This document shows positions 18,201 to 28,348 of a stretch of 53,705 nucleotides of DNA, piece by piece. Origin of the DNA: a virus (lineage: Duplodnaviria > Heunggongvirae > Uroviricota > Caudoviricetes); the IMG/VR virus record IMGVR_UViG_3300037466_000352. The stretch is one strand, 5' to 3'. A program made the position numbers and the translations under genes. Each line of letters begins with the position of its first letter. Position 1 is the first letter of the stretch. The notes beneath the pieces are model-generated. The model saw only the letters and a program-made list of their open reading frames with translations. It was not told the origin of the DNA and searched no databases.

Positions 18201-18728
18201 ATGATTGACATCCTCGATCAAGAACAAGAACAGTTCATGGTCGATCTTGAAACGTTATCGTTGGAGACGAACGCATGTATAGTTTCCATCGGTGCGACCA
18301 AGTTCACCCTGAAAGACGGCATCATGGATACCTTCGGTATCAACATCGATCCGTTCGACTCCCGAACCTACGGGCTACACATAGACCCCGATACGGTCGC
18401 ATGGTGGCGCAAGCAGGACCCCGCCATCTCGGATATGTGGAAGAAAGACCCACAGCCGTTGAAAGAAGCCCTGACGAAATTCTGTCTGTGGTTCGGTGGC
18501 CGCACCGCCCCGATCTGGGGCAACAGCCCTTCATTCGATTGCATCGTCATCAAAGAAGCGATGAAGGCCACTGGCGTTCCGTGTCCCTGGAACTTTCGTG
18601 ACGAGTGCGACTACCGGACCCTCGGCAAACTCATTCAGGTCGAGCGCGACGAAGCAACGAACCTACACAGTTCGGTTGATGACGCGATTTACCAGACCAA
18701 CCATCTTTTGAAAATCCTGAAGTCATGA
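18201..18728 (+). CDS. DEDDh 3'-5' exonuclease
   Basis: MVDLET, WGNSPSFD, H...DDA motifs. Confidence 0.85.
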   Translation: MIDILDQEQEQFMVDLETLSLETNACIVSIGATKFTLKDGIMDTFGINIDPFDSRTYGLHIDPDTVAWWRKQDPAISDMWKKDPQPLKEALTKFCLWFGGRTAPIWGNSPSFDCIVIKEAMKATGVPCPWNFRDECDYRTLGKLIQVERDEATNLHSSVDDAIYQTNHLLKILKS

Positions 18729-18976
18729 CCACACAACCGTTTGATCTTCAAAAAGTCATCGATGAAGACGGCGTTGAAGCCCTGGCCGTCGCTATGACGA
18801 ACAAGTTGGCCGCGTGCCGCAAGAAAGGTCGTGGTGGTTGGGACCGACCAGAAGAGTGCTCTACTGACTTCCTTCGCAAGCTGTTATTCAACGAATTGGC
18901 GAAGGAAAGTGCAGACGTGATTGACATCGCGAACTACTGCATGATGTTGTACAACCGTGGCATCACGCATGTTTGA
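18725..18976 (+). CDS. small helical hypothetical protein, possibly NTP-PPase-like
   Basis: KLAACRKKGRGGW...DVIDIANYCMML. Confidence 0.5.
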   Translation: MTTQPFDLQKVIDEDGVEALAVAMTNKLAACRKKGRGGWDRPEECSTDFLRKLLFNELAKESADVIDIANYCMMLYNRGITHV

Positions 18977-19137
18977 TGTGAACGCACTTAGTGACGAAGA
19001 GTTGCAGACTTTGGTCCTCTACTTCGTCCGATGTTATGGTCTTCGAGTCTACTCGGATTTCACTGACATCAAGTATCTCGTCGATGGTTTTCATCACTTG
19101 CAGCAGCAGATTGAACAAGCGCTAGACGCACTAGAAC

Positions 19138-19611
19138 ATGAAGATCGAGAATAGCAATAAGGTCCCACAGAAGTTGTTGGCACAAGCCGATGACATCTGG
19201 CAGATGGACGACGAAACTCTCTACACTTTTGTCGATAACTTGTGGACCTTCGTTCCCGAAGAATTCGACCAACTTGAAGAGTTCTTTGGACCGAACATTC
19301 AGGTCGCGATCCGCAAGCGTCAGAACGAAATCAACTACGAGAAAGAACGTGCGCGCAATGCCACGGTCGTCGTAGATGGTGAAGAATATAAGACACTTTC
19401 ATTCTTCGACATGTATCACCTTGGTTGGGAAATGGACACGAAGGCGTGGGTTGTTGAGAAGAACGGTAAAGCCGCACTGGTTCATTCCTCGCATGGCAAC
19501 ACCTACTTCGTTGACGATCCGATGGTCGTGTTGCAGGCCAAAATCAAGGAACTGAACAACAACATCAAGGCGATGAAATCCGCCGTGACCCTGCTGGAAA
19601 TCAATGGCTAA
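19138..19611 (+). CDS. hypothetical protein
   Basis: Coupled ORF upstream of gp47. Confidence 0.6.
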   Translation: MKIENSNKVPQKLLAQADDIWQMDDETLYTFVDNLWTFVPEEFDQLEEFFGPNIQVAIRKRQNEINYEKERARNATVVVDGEEYKTLSFFDMYHLGWEMDTKAWVVEKNGKAALVHSSHGNTYFVDDPMVVLQAKIKELNNNIKAMKSAVTLLEING

Positions 19612-20677
19612 GGTTGTCTTTTTGGGTGACACACACTTCGGTGTGTTCGATGGTCGCCCGCTTTATCACGCGTTCATGGAACGTGTGTATTCCGAATGGT
19701 TCTTCCCTCTGCTGAAGGAACTCGGCGTCAATAAGGTTTATCAGTTTGGTGATCTGTATGACAAGCGCAAGGGCGTCGATTCGTTCAGCGCAACCGAGTC
19801 CAAGCGTTACTTCTTCGAACCGGCAGAAGAAATAGAAATCGACATCACTGCCCTGATCGGCAATCACGATTCGTTCTTCACCAATACCATCGAAGTGAAC
19901 AGCCCGTGGCTGCTGTTGTCCGAGTTCAAAAACGTGAACATCGTAGCTGCGCCACGTACCGTGACCATCGATTCAACGTCGGTAGACATTATCCCCTGGA
20001 TTTGTCGCGACAACGAAGAGTGCGTCATGAAGTTTATCGAGAACTCGGATTCCGAATATTGTTTCGGTCATTTCGAGATTGACGGCTTCGCGATGTACAA
20101 GGGCGTGGAAGCACACAAGGGCATCTCGCGCGATCTGTTCAAGAAGTATAAGAAGGTCTATAGCGGTCACTATCACACGCGTAGCGAAGACGGCAACATC
20201 ATGTATGTCGGTACGCCTCATGAACTGACCTGGAACGATTGGAACGATCCGCGCGGTATCCACGTGTGGGATAGTGATACCGGCGAAACGACGTTCCATC
20301 CGTGCCCGTTCACGCTGTTCGAAAAGATCATCTACGACGAAGACAAGATCGACTTCAAGAAGAAGCCGAATATCGATGTGGATCACTTCTCGAAGAAATA
20401 CGTCAAGCTGATCGTCGAGAAGCGCACCGACTTCAAGAAGTTTGACTTGTTCGTGACCGCACTTAACGAATGTGGCTTGCACGATCTGAAGATCATCGAG
20501 AACCTTGATGACTTCGAGAACGAGAACGTAGACATCGACCTCGAAAAGCTGGACCTCGATGATACGCCTACGCTGCTGCGCAACTATGTCGATGGTGTAG
20601 ATACCGATCTGGATAAGAACCGCTTGAAGCGCGAACTGATCCTGTTGTACACCGAAGCGAAGGCACTGGAAACGTAA
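19604..20677 (+). CDS. gp47: recombination endonuclease subunit (Mre11/SbcD-like)
   Basis: GDTHFG, GDLYD, GNHD, GHFE, SGHYH metallophosphoesterase motifs. Confidence 0.95.
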   Translation: MAKVVFLGDTHFGVFDGRPLYHAFMERVYSEWFFPLLKELGVNKVYQFGDLYDKRKGVDSFSATESKRYFFEPAEEIEIDITALIGNHDSFFTNTIEVNSPWLLLSEFKNVNIVAAPRTVTIDSTSVDIIPWICRDNEECVMKFIENSDSEYCFGHFEIDGFAMYKGVEAHKGISRDLFKKYKKVYSGHYHTRSEDGNIMYVGTPHELTWNDWNDPRGIHVWDSDTGETTFHPCPFTLFEKIIYDEDKIDFKKKPNIDVDHFSKKYVKLIVEKRTDFKKFDLFVTALNECGLHDLKIIENLDDFENENVDIDLEKLDLDDTPTLLRNYVDGVDTDLDKNRLKRELILLYTEAKALET

Positions 20678-20803
20678 TGCCGACCATCACCTACGACGAA
20701 TTGCTAAACCCCGACCCGGTGTCTGATGCACTTGCTAAGGACATCGAAGAAGAGATGTCGGCAGAACTGGTTGCGATGATAATCCGATGTATGCGAGAAG
20801 AAG

Positions 20804-21196
20804 ATGAAGCTTATAGTCGCGGGTTCCCGTTCGTTACACAACCGTGAACAAGTGTACCGTGAACTTGACGAGCGTCGTCATAGGATCACCCAAATCGTCT
20901 CAGGAATGGCTCTTGTTTGGTTGTGGTCACGTGACCCCGAGGTTGGTGGCCCAGACCGCTATGGGCACGATTGGGCCGTCCTGCGTGGCATCCCTGTCGA
21001 GAAGTGCCCTGCTGTCTGGGATTACAAAGGCGCTGGGTTCGCCCGCAACGACGAGATGGCCGACTATGCGGATGCAGCACTCGTCTTCTGGGATGGTAAA
21101 TCAACTGGCACCGAAGACATGATTAAGCGCATGAAGAAGCGCGACAAGCCGGTTATTCTGATTCAAGACTCGCCACTAGACTGTCTGTTCTCATGA
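20804..21196 (+). CDS. SLOG/YspA-like (DUF2493-type) nucleotide-binding protein
   Basis: LIVAGSR, IVSGMA, GAGFARN.EMADYADAALVFWDGKSTGT..MI. Confidence 0.8.
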   Translation: MKLIVAGSRSLHNREQVYRELDERRHRITQIVSGMALVWLWSRDPEVGGPDRYGHDWAVLRGIPVEKCPAVWDYKGAGFARNDEMADYADAALVFWDGKSTGTEDMIKRMKKRDKPVILIQDSPLDCLFS

Positions 21197-21474
21197 TCTA
21201 TCCACACGGAATCGCTTGGGGAAACTACGATTACGTCGATCCTCAACTTACCGTCAAGCATGACCACACAGCCTACGTACAAGGCTGGTGTGCTACGCTT
21301 GAATGGTGGGGTATGGGATACCACGGCATCACCGACGACTGTCCGTATTCCCGGCATTACAACTACTCACGATTCAAGTCATGGCACGCTGGTGTCCTTG
21401 ACGCCGACCGCTATCTGATCGAACGATTTGATGGCCGTCCTTCGCTATATCAACAATACCTATCAGAACAATGA
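21193..21474 (+). CDS. hypothetical protein
   Basis: Coupled ORF. Confidence 0.5.
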   Translation: MIYPHGIAWGNYDYVDPQLTVKHDHTAYVQGWCATLEWWGMGYHGITDDCPYSRHYNYSRFKSWHAGVLDADRYLIERFDGRPSLYQQYLSEQ

Positions 21475-23183
21475 TCTTTTTTCGAGAAACACGTTACCGC
21501 AATATCATGGCTACGGGCCAGCCGTTCACGGTGATCCGTCTCGATGAAGCACCGACAACCCTGTTCACCGGCAAGAACGGTTCTGGTAAGTCAACCTTCA
21601 TCGAAGCCATCACGTTCGCGTTGTTTAATCAGGCATATCGAAAGATCAACAAGCCTGCACTGGTCAACACGATCAACAATAAGGCGCTGCTTTGCGAAGT
21701 TGACTTCGACATCGGCCCGAACAAGTACACGGTCAAGCGTGGCATCAAGCCCACTGTCTTCGAAATCTGGGTCAACGGTGAACTGCGCAACAGCGTACCC
21801 GGTGTAGACGATCAGAAGTATCTCGAAGAAGTGATCCTCGGCATGAACTACAAGACGTTCGTGCAAACAGTCATCATCGGCAACGCGACGTACACGCCGT
21901 TCATGCAACTGTCCACACCCAATCGTCGCGACATCGTAGAAGACCTGTTGGATATCCGCATCTATGGCCTGATGACGGACATCCTCAAAAAGAAAATCAG
22001 TGACTCCAAGCAACGCATCAAAGACCTCGAAGACGAACTTCGTGTCCAGACTAGTAAGATCGATGTCCAAAAATCTTACATCAAGACTCTACATGATGAC
22101 CGTGAGAGAAAGGCAACGGAAGCGCGAGAAAAGATTGATGCTTCTCAACGCCTGATCGATCAGGCCACGAAGGACATCGCAGCGTTGTCGGGCCAACGTG
22201 ATTCTCTTGCAGAGAAGGCCGAAGATGGTGTCGAAGTTTCCGACCGGCGCGCGAAGCTTCAAACTTTGTGTCAGAAGATGATCGATAACGCGGCACGCCT
22301 GAATTCGGAAATCGAGTTCTTCAACGAACACGACGATTGTCCAACTTGCAAACAGATGATTAACGGTGACTTTAAAGCCGAAGCCATCGAGCAACGCAAG
22401 ACCAAGTATGACGAGTTCTATGCAGCCGAAGCGAAGCTCCACTCCCAGATCGATTCTTGTACCGAACGTCTAGCGGAAGTCTCTGCTCTGAACCGCGACA
22501 TCCGCAAGCTGGACAACGACATATCAGACCTTCAGCAACAGATCAACGTCGAACAGCGAGTGATTACTCGCCTACAAGCCGAACTGAATGTCGAGAAAAG
22601 TGAAACAGCAAACATCGAAGAGGAACAAACCAAGCTGAAGGTTTTGGCACAAGAAGCCATCAAGCTGACGACCGACAAGACCACGGCAACTGAGGACAAG
22701 TTCTATCTCGATCTACAAGCACTCATGCTGAAGGACACCGGCATCAAGGCCAATGTCATCAAGCAGTACGTGCCGATCATGAACAAGCTGATTAACAAGT
22801 ACCTGAACGCCCTCGATTTCTTTGCGTCGTTCAACCTTGACGAAAACTTCAGCGAAGTCATCAAGTCGCGCAATCGAGACGTGTTGCAGTATGAGTCCTT
22901 CAGCGAAGGCGAGAAGTTGAAGATCGACCTTTCGATCCTGTTCACCTGGATCGCAATCGCGAAGATGAAGAACACCGTCGCGACGAACCTGTTGATCTTC
23001 GACGAAGTGACCGATGCTGGCCTCGATACCGATTCGTCTGGTCACATCGTCGGGATTCTGAAAGACCTTGCGAAATCGGCACATGTGTTCGTCATCTCGC
23101 ATCATCCTGAACTGTACGCAGACAAGTTCGACCGCCACATCAAGTTCGCCAAGGTGAACAACTACAGCGTCATTACGGACTAA
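21471..23183 (+). CDS. gp46: recombination ATPase subunit (Rad50/SbcC-like)
   Basis: GKNGSGKST, CPTCKQ zinc hook, FSEGEK, FDEV, ISH. Confidence 0.96.
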   Translation: MIFFRETRYRNIMATGQPFTVIRLDEAPTTLFTGKNGSGKSTFIEAITFALFNQAYRKINKPALVNTINNKALLCEVDFDIGPNKYTVKRGIKPTVFEIWVNGELRNSVPGVDDQKYLEEVILGMNYKTFVQTVIIGNATYTPFMQLSTPNRRDIVEDLLDIRIYGLMTDILKKKISDSKQRIKDLEDELRVQTSKIDVQKSYIKTLHDDRERKATEAREKIDASQRLIDQATKDIAALSGQRDSLAEKAEDGVEVSDRRAKLQTLCQKMIDNAARLNSEIEFFNEHDDCPTCKQMINGDFKAEAIEQRKTKYDEFYAAEAKLHSQIDSCTERLAEVSALNRDIRKLDNDISDLQQQINVEQRVITRLQAELNVEKSETANIEEEQTKLKVLAQEAIKLTTDKTTATEDKFYLDLQALMLKDTGIKANVIKQYVPIMNKLINKYLNALDFFASFNLDENFSEVIKSRNRDVLQYESFSEGEKLKIDLSILFTWIAIAKMKNTVATNLLIFDEVTDAGLDTDSSGHIVGILKDLAKSAHVFVISHHPELYADKFDRHIKFAKVNNYSVITD

Positions 23184-23191
23184 CCCTGATA

Positions 23192-23243
23192 CCCAAACTT
23201 GTTGAAATTTCCTATTGACAGCAAGTTTGGGGGTCGGTATAGT
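23192..23243 (+). promoter_or_regulatory. sigma70 promoter with a 10-bp inverted repeat around the -35
   Basis: CCCAAACTTG...TTGACA-g-CAAGTTTGGG...TATAGT, 17-bp spacer. Confidence 0.7.
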
Positions 23244-23331
23244 CACGCTCATAGACGGGATGCGTCCCGAAATTTGAGAGAAAGGAAACACTAGAAGAAG
23301 CAGAAAAATAAACGAATGTGGGAGTGAACTT

Positions 23332-24267
23332 ATGCCTAAAGGTGTCGCGAAGTCCGGTCTGCGTATGACGAAACAACGTCTGGCAGCATTTGAATTGACC
23401 AACCCTGAAATCGCTCAGGCGTATCGGGAAGCCCAAGCACGGAAGAATCCGTTGCACTTGGTGCAGTCTCACGCCGACAAGTTGGCATCGACGCTTATTC
23501 CAGTCGAGCGCACGGACGAAGAAATCGAAGAACGACTTGACGACTTGTTCGACGCACTGACGATCATGACCGAGGCCACGGCGCACGGCATGAATCGGTC
23601 CCTTATCATCTCCGGTCCTGCCGGTATCGGTAAGACGTTCGAATCAGATCGCGTGCTGGATAACCTTGGCCCGAACTTCCGGGTGAAGCGAGTGTCGGGC
23701 TTCATGCGTCTGACTGGCTTATATCGTGTGTTCTATGAGAATCGATTCAAGAACTGCACCATCGTGTTCGACGATTCGGATTCGATCTTTGGCGACGAAG
23801 ACAAGCTGAACATCCTCAAGAACGCTACGGACACGAAGGAAGTTCGTAAGATCACTTGGGGCGCAGAGACGGCGATGGAAACCGAGAACGGCGAAGCTAT
23901 CCCACGTGAGTTTGCCTTTGAAGGCAACGTCATCTTCATCACGAACACCGACATGCAGTCGATGGTGGATCGCGGTGGCCGGATGTCCGAGCACTACGAA
24001 GCGCTGATTTCCCGGTCGCACTATCTGGCAATCTACATGCCCGAGAGTCGCGACTACATGATCCGTATCAAGCACGTGCTGCGCGAAGGTATGTTGCGTA
24101 AGCAGGGCTTCACGGAAGACCAAGAAGCCACTGTTGTCGAGTTCATGGAAGAGAACGCCGATGACCTTCGTGAACTGTCCCTTCGGATGGTCCTGAAGCT
24201 GGCCCAACTCGTCAAGATGTCGCCCGGTAAGTGGCAACGTCTTGCATCTGCAACGTGTATGAAATGA
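23332..24267 (+). CDS. AAA-family ATPase
   Basis: ISGPAGIGKT Walker A, IVFDDSD Walker B, VIFITN sensor. Confidence 0.8.
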   Translation: MPKGVAKSGLRMTKQRLAAFELTNPEIAQAYREAQARKNPLHLVQSHADKLASTLIPVERTDEEIEERLDDLFDALTIMTEATAHGMNRSLIISGPAGIGKTFESDRVLDNLGPNFRVKRVSGFMRLTGLYRVFYENRFKNCTIVFDDSDSIFGDEDKLNILKNATDTKEVRKITWGAETAMETENGEAIPREFAFEGNVIFITNTDMQSMVDRGGRMSEHYEALISRSHYLAIYMPESRDYMIRIKHVLREGMLRKQGFTEDQEATVVEFMEENADDLRELSLRMVLKLAQLVKMSPGKWQRLASATCMK

Positions 24268-24578
24268 GCTATATCCACACTTCTGTATTTGACATCGCCC
24301 CGCAACTCACGAAGCCTGTGTACGGTCCTGAACCGACCTTGCGGAAAATTATCTACCTGTATTACATCTCACATAATATCCCCGAAGACAAGGCTGCTAA
24401 ATTTCGCGACGACTATCTGAAGGCGTTGGGTGTTCCTGAAGAACCGTACGATCCGGTCATCAAAGGCGATGATGGTGGCGATCTGTGGGATGCTGACCCC
24501 AATTGCAAACACGAAGTCGTGGATGCCCCCGGTGGTGGCGTCAAGTGTCGGAAGTGTGGCGGGTGGTTCTGTTTCTGA
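24264..24578 (+). CDS. hypothetical protein with C-terminal Cys cluster
   Basis: DADPNCKHEV...GVKCRKCGGWFCF. Confidence 0.55.
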   Translation: MSYIHTSVFDIAPQLTKPVYGPEPTLRKIIYLYYISHNIPEDKAAKFRDDYLKALGVPEEPYDPVIKGDDGGDLWDADPNCKHEVVDAPGGGVKCRKCGGWFCF

Positions 24579-24581
24579 CAG

Positions 24582-24627
24582 AAATTCCCAACATTGGTTG
24601 ACAGTGTTGGGAATTTTGTTGTATAAT
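24582..24627 (+). promoter_or_regulatory. sigma70 promoter with a 12-bp inverted repeat around the -35
   Basis: AAATTCCCAACA-ttggTTGACAg-TGTTGGGAATTT...TATAAT. Confidence 0.75.
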
Positions 24628-24677
24628 TCTGTCACGTTGATGGTGAAGTAGAAAACTAGAGAGTGTAAAGAAACAAC

Positions 24678-25790
24678 ATGTCGTTCAGCAATTCAGAACT
24701 TCAACAACTGAAGTCCCTCCTGGCTGACCAAATCCGGTTAGCCGAAAGCGACAAGACCGAAACCAAGATGTATATCGGCGATCTTGTCAAATGCAAGAAA
24801 CCTTTCAAAGACGCAGGTACGAAGGCGGTCGTGGACATTTATAACGACCAAATCCGAAAGTCGTACAAATACGTCGATAGCCTTGACCGCAAGCTGAAGA
24901 AGCTTCGTACGCTTCAGATTTCTGTCAAGCGCGAGATGGCCGATCAAGTCAGTGCAGGACGTGTTGAGAAGGCCGCTACGGGCCTCGTTACGACGTTGCA
25001 TGGGTTGATCCAACAGAAGCAACAGGAAGCCCCTCAGACGACCGGATACGTGCAGGTAGAGCCTCGCATCGTGGATGGCAAAGTCGTCTCGCTGTCGGTT
25101 GTGTCTCCGTGCGGTCTTCAATCGTCGGGTGTCTCGCCGTCTTTTCGGGGTTGGCAAGATAACGTGATGGAGAATTTTCATCCTACGTCGCCGTCGTTCA
25201 TCAACCCGGACCCGTCCTACGATCAACCGGCGCTCGATAACCGTCGGTACACGGTTCCTAGCACGCTATTGAAACCGACCGATCCGGCTGTTTTCTATCC
25301 GAATCGAATCCTGAACCCAGACTGCATCGTCGAACGCTGTTCGACCGACAACACGACGAAGCCTTCGAATCCGAAGGACTTGATCGGGTCCGGTAAGTTG
25401 CCGATTCACCTGTGGCCGAACACGGCAACCGCGATGGGTTGCATCGGCTTCCTGAACGGCATGCTGAAGTATGGTCGTGCCAACTTCCGCGTCCTCGGCA
25501 TCCGCGCCAGTATCTACTACGACGCTGCGAAGCGCCATCTCGATGCGTGGTTCGAAGGTGAAGAATGCGACCCGGATGACGGTGTTCCTCATCTTGCAGC
25601 AGCCCTTGCGTGTATCGCCATCATCGTTGATGCGATTGCCGCAGACAAGCTGAACGATGATCGTCAGGTGAAGGGCGGATACCGCAAGCTGGTCGATCAA
25701 CTGACGCCCCATGTCGCCCGCCTAAAGGCCCTGCATGCGTCGAAAGACCCGCACCACTATACGATTGCGGACAACGCAAGTTTGGTGTAA
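24678..25790 (+). CDS. dATP/dGTP diphosphohydrolase-like domain (DUF5664-type) with long N-terminal extension
   Basis: NPKD..G..K.P..L.P, LKYG..N.R, YYDAAKRHL..W..GE..DPD.GVPHLAAALAC. Confidence 0.78.
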   Translation: MSFSNSELQQLKSLLADQIRLAESDKTETKMYIGDLVKCKKPFKDAGTKAVVDIYNDQIRKSYKYVDSLDRKLKKLRTLQISVKREMADQVSAGRVEKAATGLVTTLHGLIQQKQQEAPQTTGYVQVEPRIVDGKVVSLSVVSPCGLQSSGVSPSFRGWQDNVMENFHPTSPSFINPDPSYDQPALDNRRYTVPSTLLKPTDPAVFYPNRILNPDCIVERCSTDNTTKPSNPKDLIGSGKLPIHLWPNTATAMGCIGFLNGMLKYGRANFRVLGIRASIYYDAAKRHLDAWFEGEECDPDDGVPHLAAALACIAIIVDAIAADKLNDDRQVKGGYRKLVDQLTPHVARLKALHASKDPHHYTIADNASLV

Positions 25791-25799
25791 AATACACGA

Positions 25800-26156
25800 A
25801 TGACCAACATTGACGATTACGCAGACTATGCGATGTCAAGCTGGTCATCGTCCAAGCCGGTATCCAAGCCTGAAGACCTCACAGATAAAGACTTGTACGT
25901 GATGTCGTTGGGCTTCCCCGGCGAAGTCGGTGAAGCTTGCGAGAAGTTGAAGAAGCGTGTTCGGGATGAAGGAATTCCCGGCTGCGAATTTGACAAGAAA
26001 GCCTTCATGAAAGAGATGGGCGATGCGATCTACTATTGGGCGATGTTGCTGAACTACTTCGGCGTCAAACCCTCGGATGTACTCGCAATGAACATCGAGA
26101 AGTCAACAGATCGTCGTATCCGTGGTGTTGAACACGGCAGCGGCGATGATCGGTAA
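25800..26156 (+). CDS. MazG-like nucleotide pyrophosphohydrolase
   Basis: LGFPGEVGE..EK.KK, KEMGDAIYY, NIEK, GSGDDR. Confidence 0.85.
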   Translation: MTNIDDYADYAMSSWSSSKPVSKPEDLTDKDLYVMSLGFPGEVGEACEKLKKRVRDEGIPGCEFDKKAFMKEMGDAIYYWAMLLNYFGVKPSDVLAMNIEKSTDRRIRGVEHGSGDDR

Positions 26157-26170
26157 TCCCTGAATACACA

Positions 26171-26830
26171 ATGCAAATCTCTCAAGAAACACTCGCAGTT
26201 CTCAAGAATTTCGCGCAGATCAACACGAACATCCTTGTTCGTGAAGGTTCCGAACTGCGCACGATCAGTACGATGAAGGACATCTTCGTCACGGCACAGG
26301 TCAAAGAAGAGTTCCCACAGGAATTCGCGATCTACGATTTGACATCGCTGCTTGCGCTGCTTTCCCTCAGTGAAAATCAAGAAGTCGAGTTCGGTGAGAA
26401 GTCGCTGAAGATCGTCAAGGACGCTGGCGAGTTCGAATACTTCTATGCCGATCCGTCGATCATCATCGCACCGCCGAACAAGAACATCGTCGTGGACGAA
26501 TACTTCAAGTTTGCTGTGACGAAGGAAGAACTCGTCACGGTGCAGAAGGCAGCGGCAATCGTGTCCGCACCGATGATTTCGTTCATCGCCAAGAAGGGCA
26601 AAGTCACGCTGTCTGTGGGTGATCCAAAGACCCCAGCATCGAACAGTTACAAGAAGATCGTCGGTGAACACGAAGGCGATGACTTCGATATTAAGCTCGC
26701 CGTGGGCAACCTCAAGGTGATCGCAGACGCATACGAAGTCGTGTTGTCGAAGAAGAAGTTCATTCACTTCCGTAACGAAGAGCGTGGCCTGAAGTACTGG
26801 CTTGCGGCGGACCCGGCCTCGGTCGTCTGA
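26171..26830 (+). CDS. gp45: sliding clamp
   Basis: ETLAVLKNFAQINTNI, FAIYDL, YFYADPSII; synteny. Confidence 0.94.
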   Translation: MQISQETLAVLKNFAQINTNILVREGSELRTISTMKDIFVTAQVKEEFPQEFAIYDLTSLLALLSLSENQEVEFGEKSLKIVKDAGEFEYFYADPSIIIAPPNKNIVVDEYFKFAVTKEELVTVQKAAAIVSAPMISFIAKKGKVTLSVGDPKTPASNSYKKIVGEHEGDDFDIKLAVGNLKVIADAYEVVLSKKKFIHFRNEERGLKYWLAADPASVV

Positions 26831-27000
26831 TGGAACACGCTGAAGATTGTCTCGCGTGTGTGATCTTCGAGAACACCATGAAGGATTGGTACAGGCGAAC
26901 GACTGACCTTCCTTCATGGGATTCGTTGACCGAAGATCAACGAAACGTCTACCGCGCAGCAGCACGCATGCGTATGAACGGAATACCACTGACATCATGA
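26830..27000 (+). CDS. small hypothetical protein (56 aa)
   Basis: MEHAEDCLACVIF...; overlaps the gp45 stop and gp44 start. Confidence 0.4.
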   Translation: MEHAEDCLACVIFENTMKDWYRRTTDLPSWDSLTEDQRNVYRAAARMRMNGIPLTS

Positions 27001-27935
27001 GAACCGCTGACCAATTCATGTGGTGCGAAAAGTATCGCCCACTCAAAGTAGAAGACTGCGTTCTTCCACAATACCTCAAAGACCTGTTCACTGGCTATGT
27101 CGCCAAGGGCGAGATTCAGCACATGATCTTCTGTGGCTCTGCCGGTGTCGGCAAGACCACGGTTGCGCAGGCCATCGCCGAAGAACTCGGTTGCGACTAC
27201 ATCGTCATCAACGGTTCGTCTGAAAATGGCATCGATGTTCTTCGCACGAAGATCACGGCATTTGCCTCTACGGTGTCGCTCGATGGCAAGCCTAAGATCA
27301 TCATCATCGATGAAGCTGACGGCCTCACACAAGCCGTGCAAACGGGTCTGCGCAACTTCCTCGAAGCCTATGCGCACAACTGCCGATTCATATTCACGTG
27401 CAACTATGTGAACAAGCTGATCGAGCCGATTCAATCGCGATGCGGCGCACCAATCGAGTTCCGTCTGTCGAAGGACGACCGTCCGTTGATGGCTGCGAAG
27501 TTCCTCAAGCGCGTGTGTTCGATCCTCGAAGAAGAAGGCATCGAGTTCGATAAGCGTGTCGTGGCGCAGGCCATGACGAAGTTCTTCCCTGACTTCCGTA
27601 AGACTCTGAACGCACTGCAACGGTATGCCGTATCAGGGCCGATTGACGAAGGCATTCTCGCCAACGTCGCCGATGCAGACATCAAAGACCTGATCGCATC
27701 GCTGAAGGACAAAGACTTCAAGACCATGCGGCAATGGGTCATGAACAACGTGGACAACGACTGCCAGAAAATCTTCCGTACCGTGTTCGACGCGTTGTTG
27801 GAAGCTGTCAACGAAGTCCCACAGATGGTCTTGATCGTGGCTGATTACACGTACAAAGACTACTTCGTCGCAGACAAGTCGATCAACATGACAGCCTGCT
27901 TTACCGAACTCATGGCGTCGGTGTCCTTCAAATGA
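26997..27935 (+). CDS. gp44: clamp loader large subunit
   Basis: WCEKYRP, GSAGVGKTT, IIDEAD, FIFTCN, SRC; true start likely 26997. Confidence 0.95.
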   Translation: MRTADQFMWCEKYRPLKVEDCVLPQYLKDLFTGYVAKGEIQHMIFCGSAGVGKTTVAQAIAEELGCDYIVINGSSENGIDVLRTKITAFASTVSLDGKPKIIIIDEADGLTQAVQTGLRNFLEAYAHNCRFIFTCNYVNKLIEPIQSRCGAPIEFRLSKDDRPLMAAKFLKRVCSILEEEGIEFDKRVVAQAMTKFFPDFRKTLNALQRYAVSGPIDEGILANVADADIKDLIASLKDKDFKTMRQWVMNNVDNDCQKIFRTVFDALLEAVNEVPQMVLIVADYTYKDYFVADKSINMTACFTELMASVSFK

Positions 27936-28189
27936 TTATTGGTACTACGAACGTCGAGAAGACGACTACATATAATCTCACCAAACAAGAACTTGAAGCC
28001 GTGTTGATGGAACAAGCAGGAATCACGGTCAATGGCGCGAAGGTGAATAAGAACCTTCGAGTTAGTTTCGACTACAATATGTCTGGTGGTTACGATGCTT
28101 CATATGACCACAGGGGTAGTAGTGGTCGTTGGGAACCATATGTATTCGGTGGCGTGACGATGACCGTGACTGAGAAATCCTTATCGTGA
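27932..28189 (+). CDS. hypothetical protein
   Basis: Coupled ORF. Confidence 0.5.
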   Translation: MIIGTTNVEKTTTYNLTKQELEAVLMEQAGITVNGAKVNKNLRVSFDYNMSGGYDASYDHRGSSGRWEPYVFGGVTMTVTEKSLS

Positions 28190-28341
28190 CCATCGTGATC
28201 CCAACATGGTTGTTGTGGACTGCCGGTGCAGTTGGTATATGCGCAGCAGCCGCTATCATCTTGTGGATTCTGTGGTTTGCCTTCATTGGCGCAGTGATCT
28301 TCAAGGCGTGTTTTAGGAAAACCCGCAGTTGGTACTTTTAA
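28186..28341 (+). CDS. small membrane protein (51 aa)
   Basis: GTG start overlapping the upstream stop; long hydrophobic run then basic tail. Confidence 0.45.
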   Translation: MTIVIPTWLLWTAGAVGICAAAAIILWILWFAFIGAVIFKACFRKTRSWYF

Positions 28342-28348
28342 GTGTTTG

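Noticed and set aside
24678-26156. Calling this a Z-genome or other modified-base phage
   Set aside because: No PurZ or other base-modification synthase in this window; the hydrolases alone are insufficient.
26054-27091. Long antisense ORFs here and at 8067..8774, 43437..44588 and 44470..45528
   Set aside because: They lie opposite well-supported genes and show no motifs of their own.
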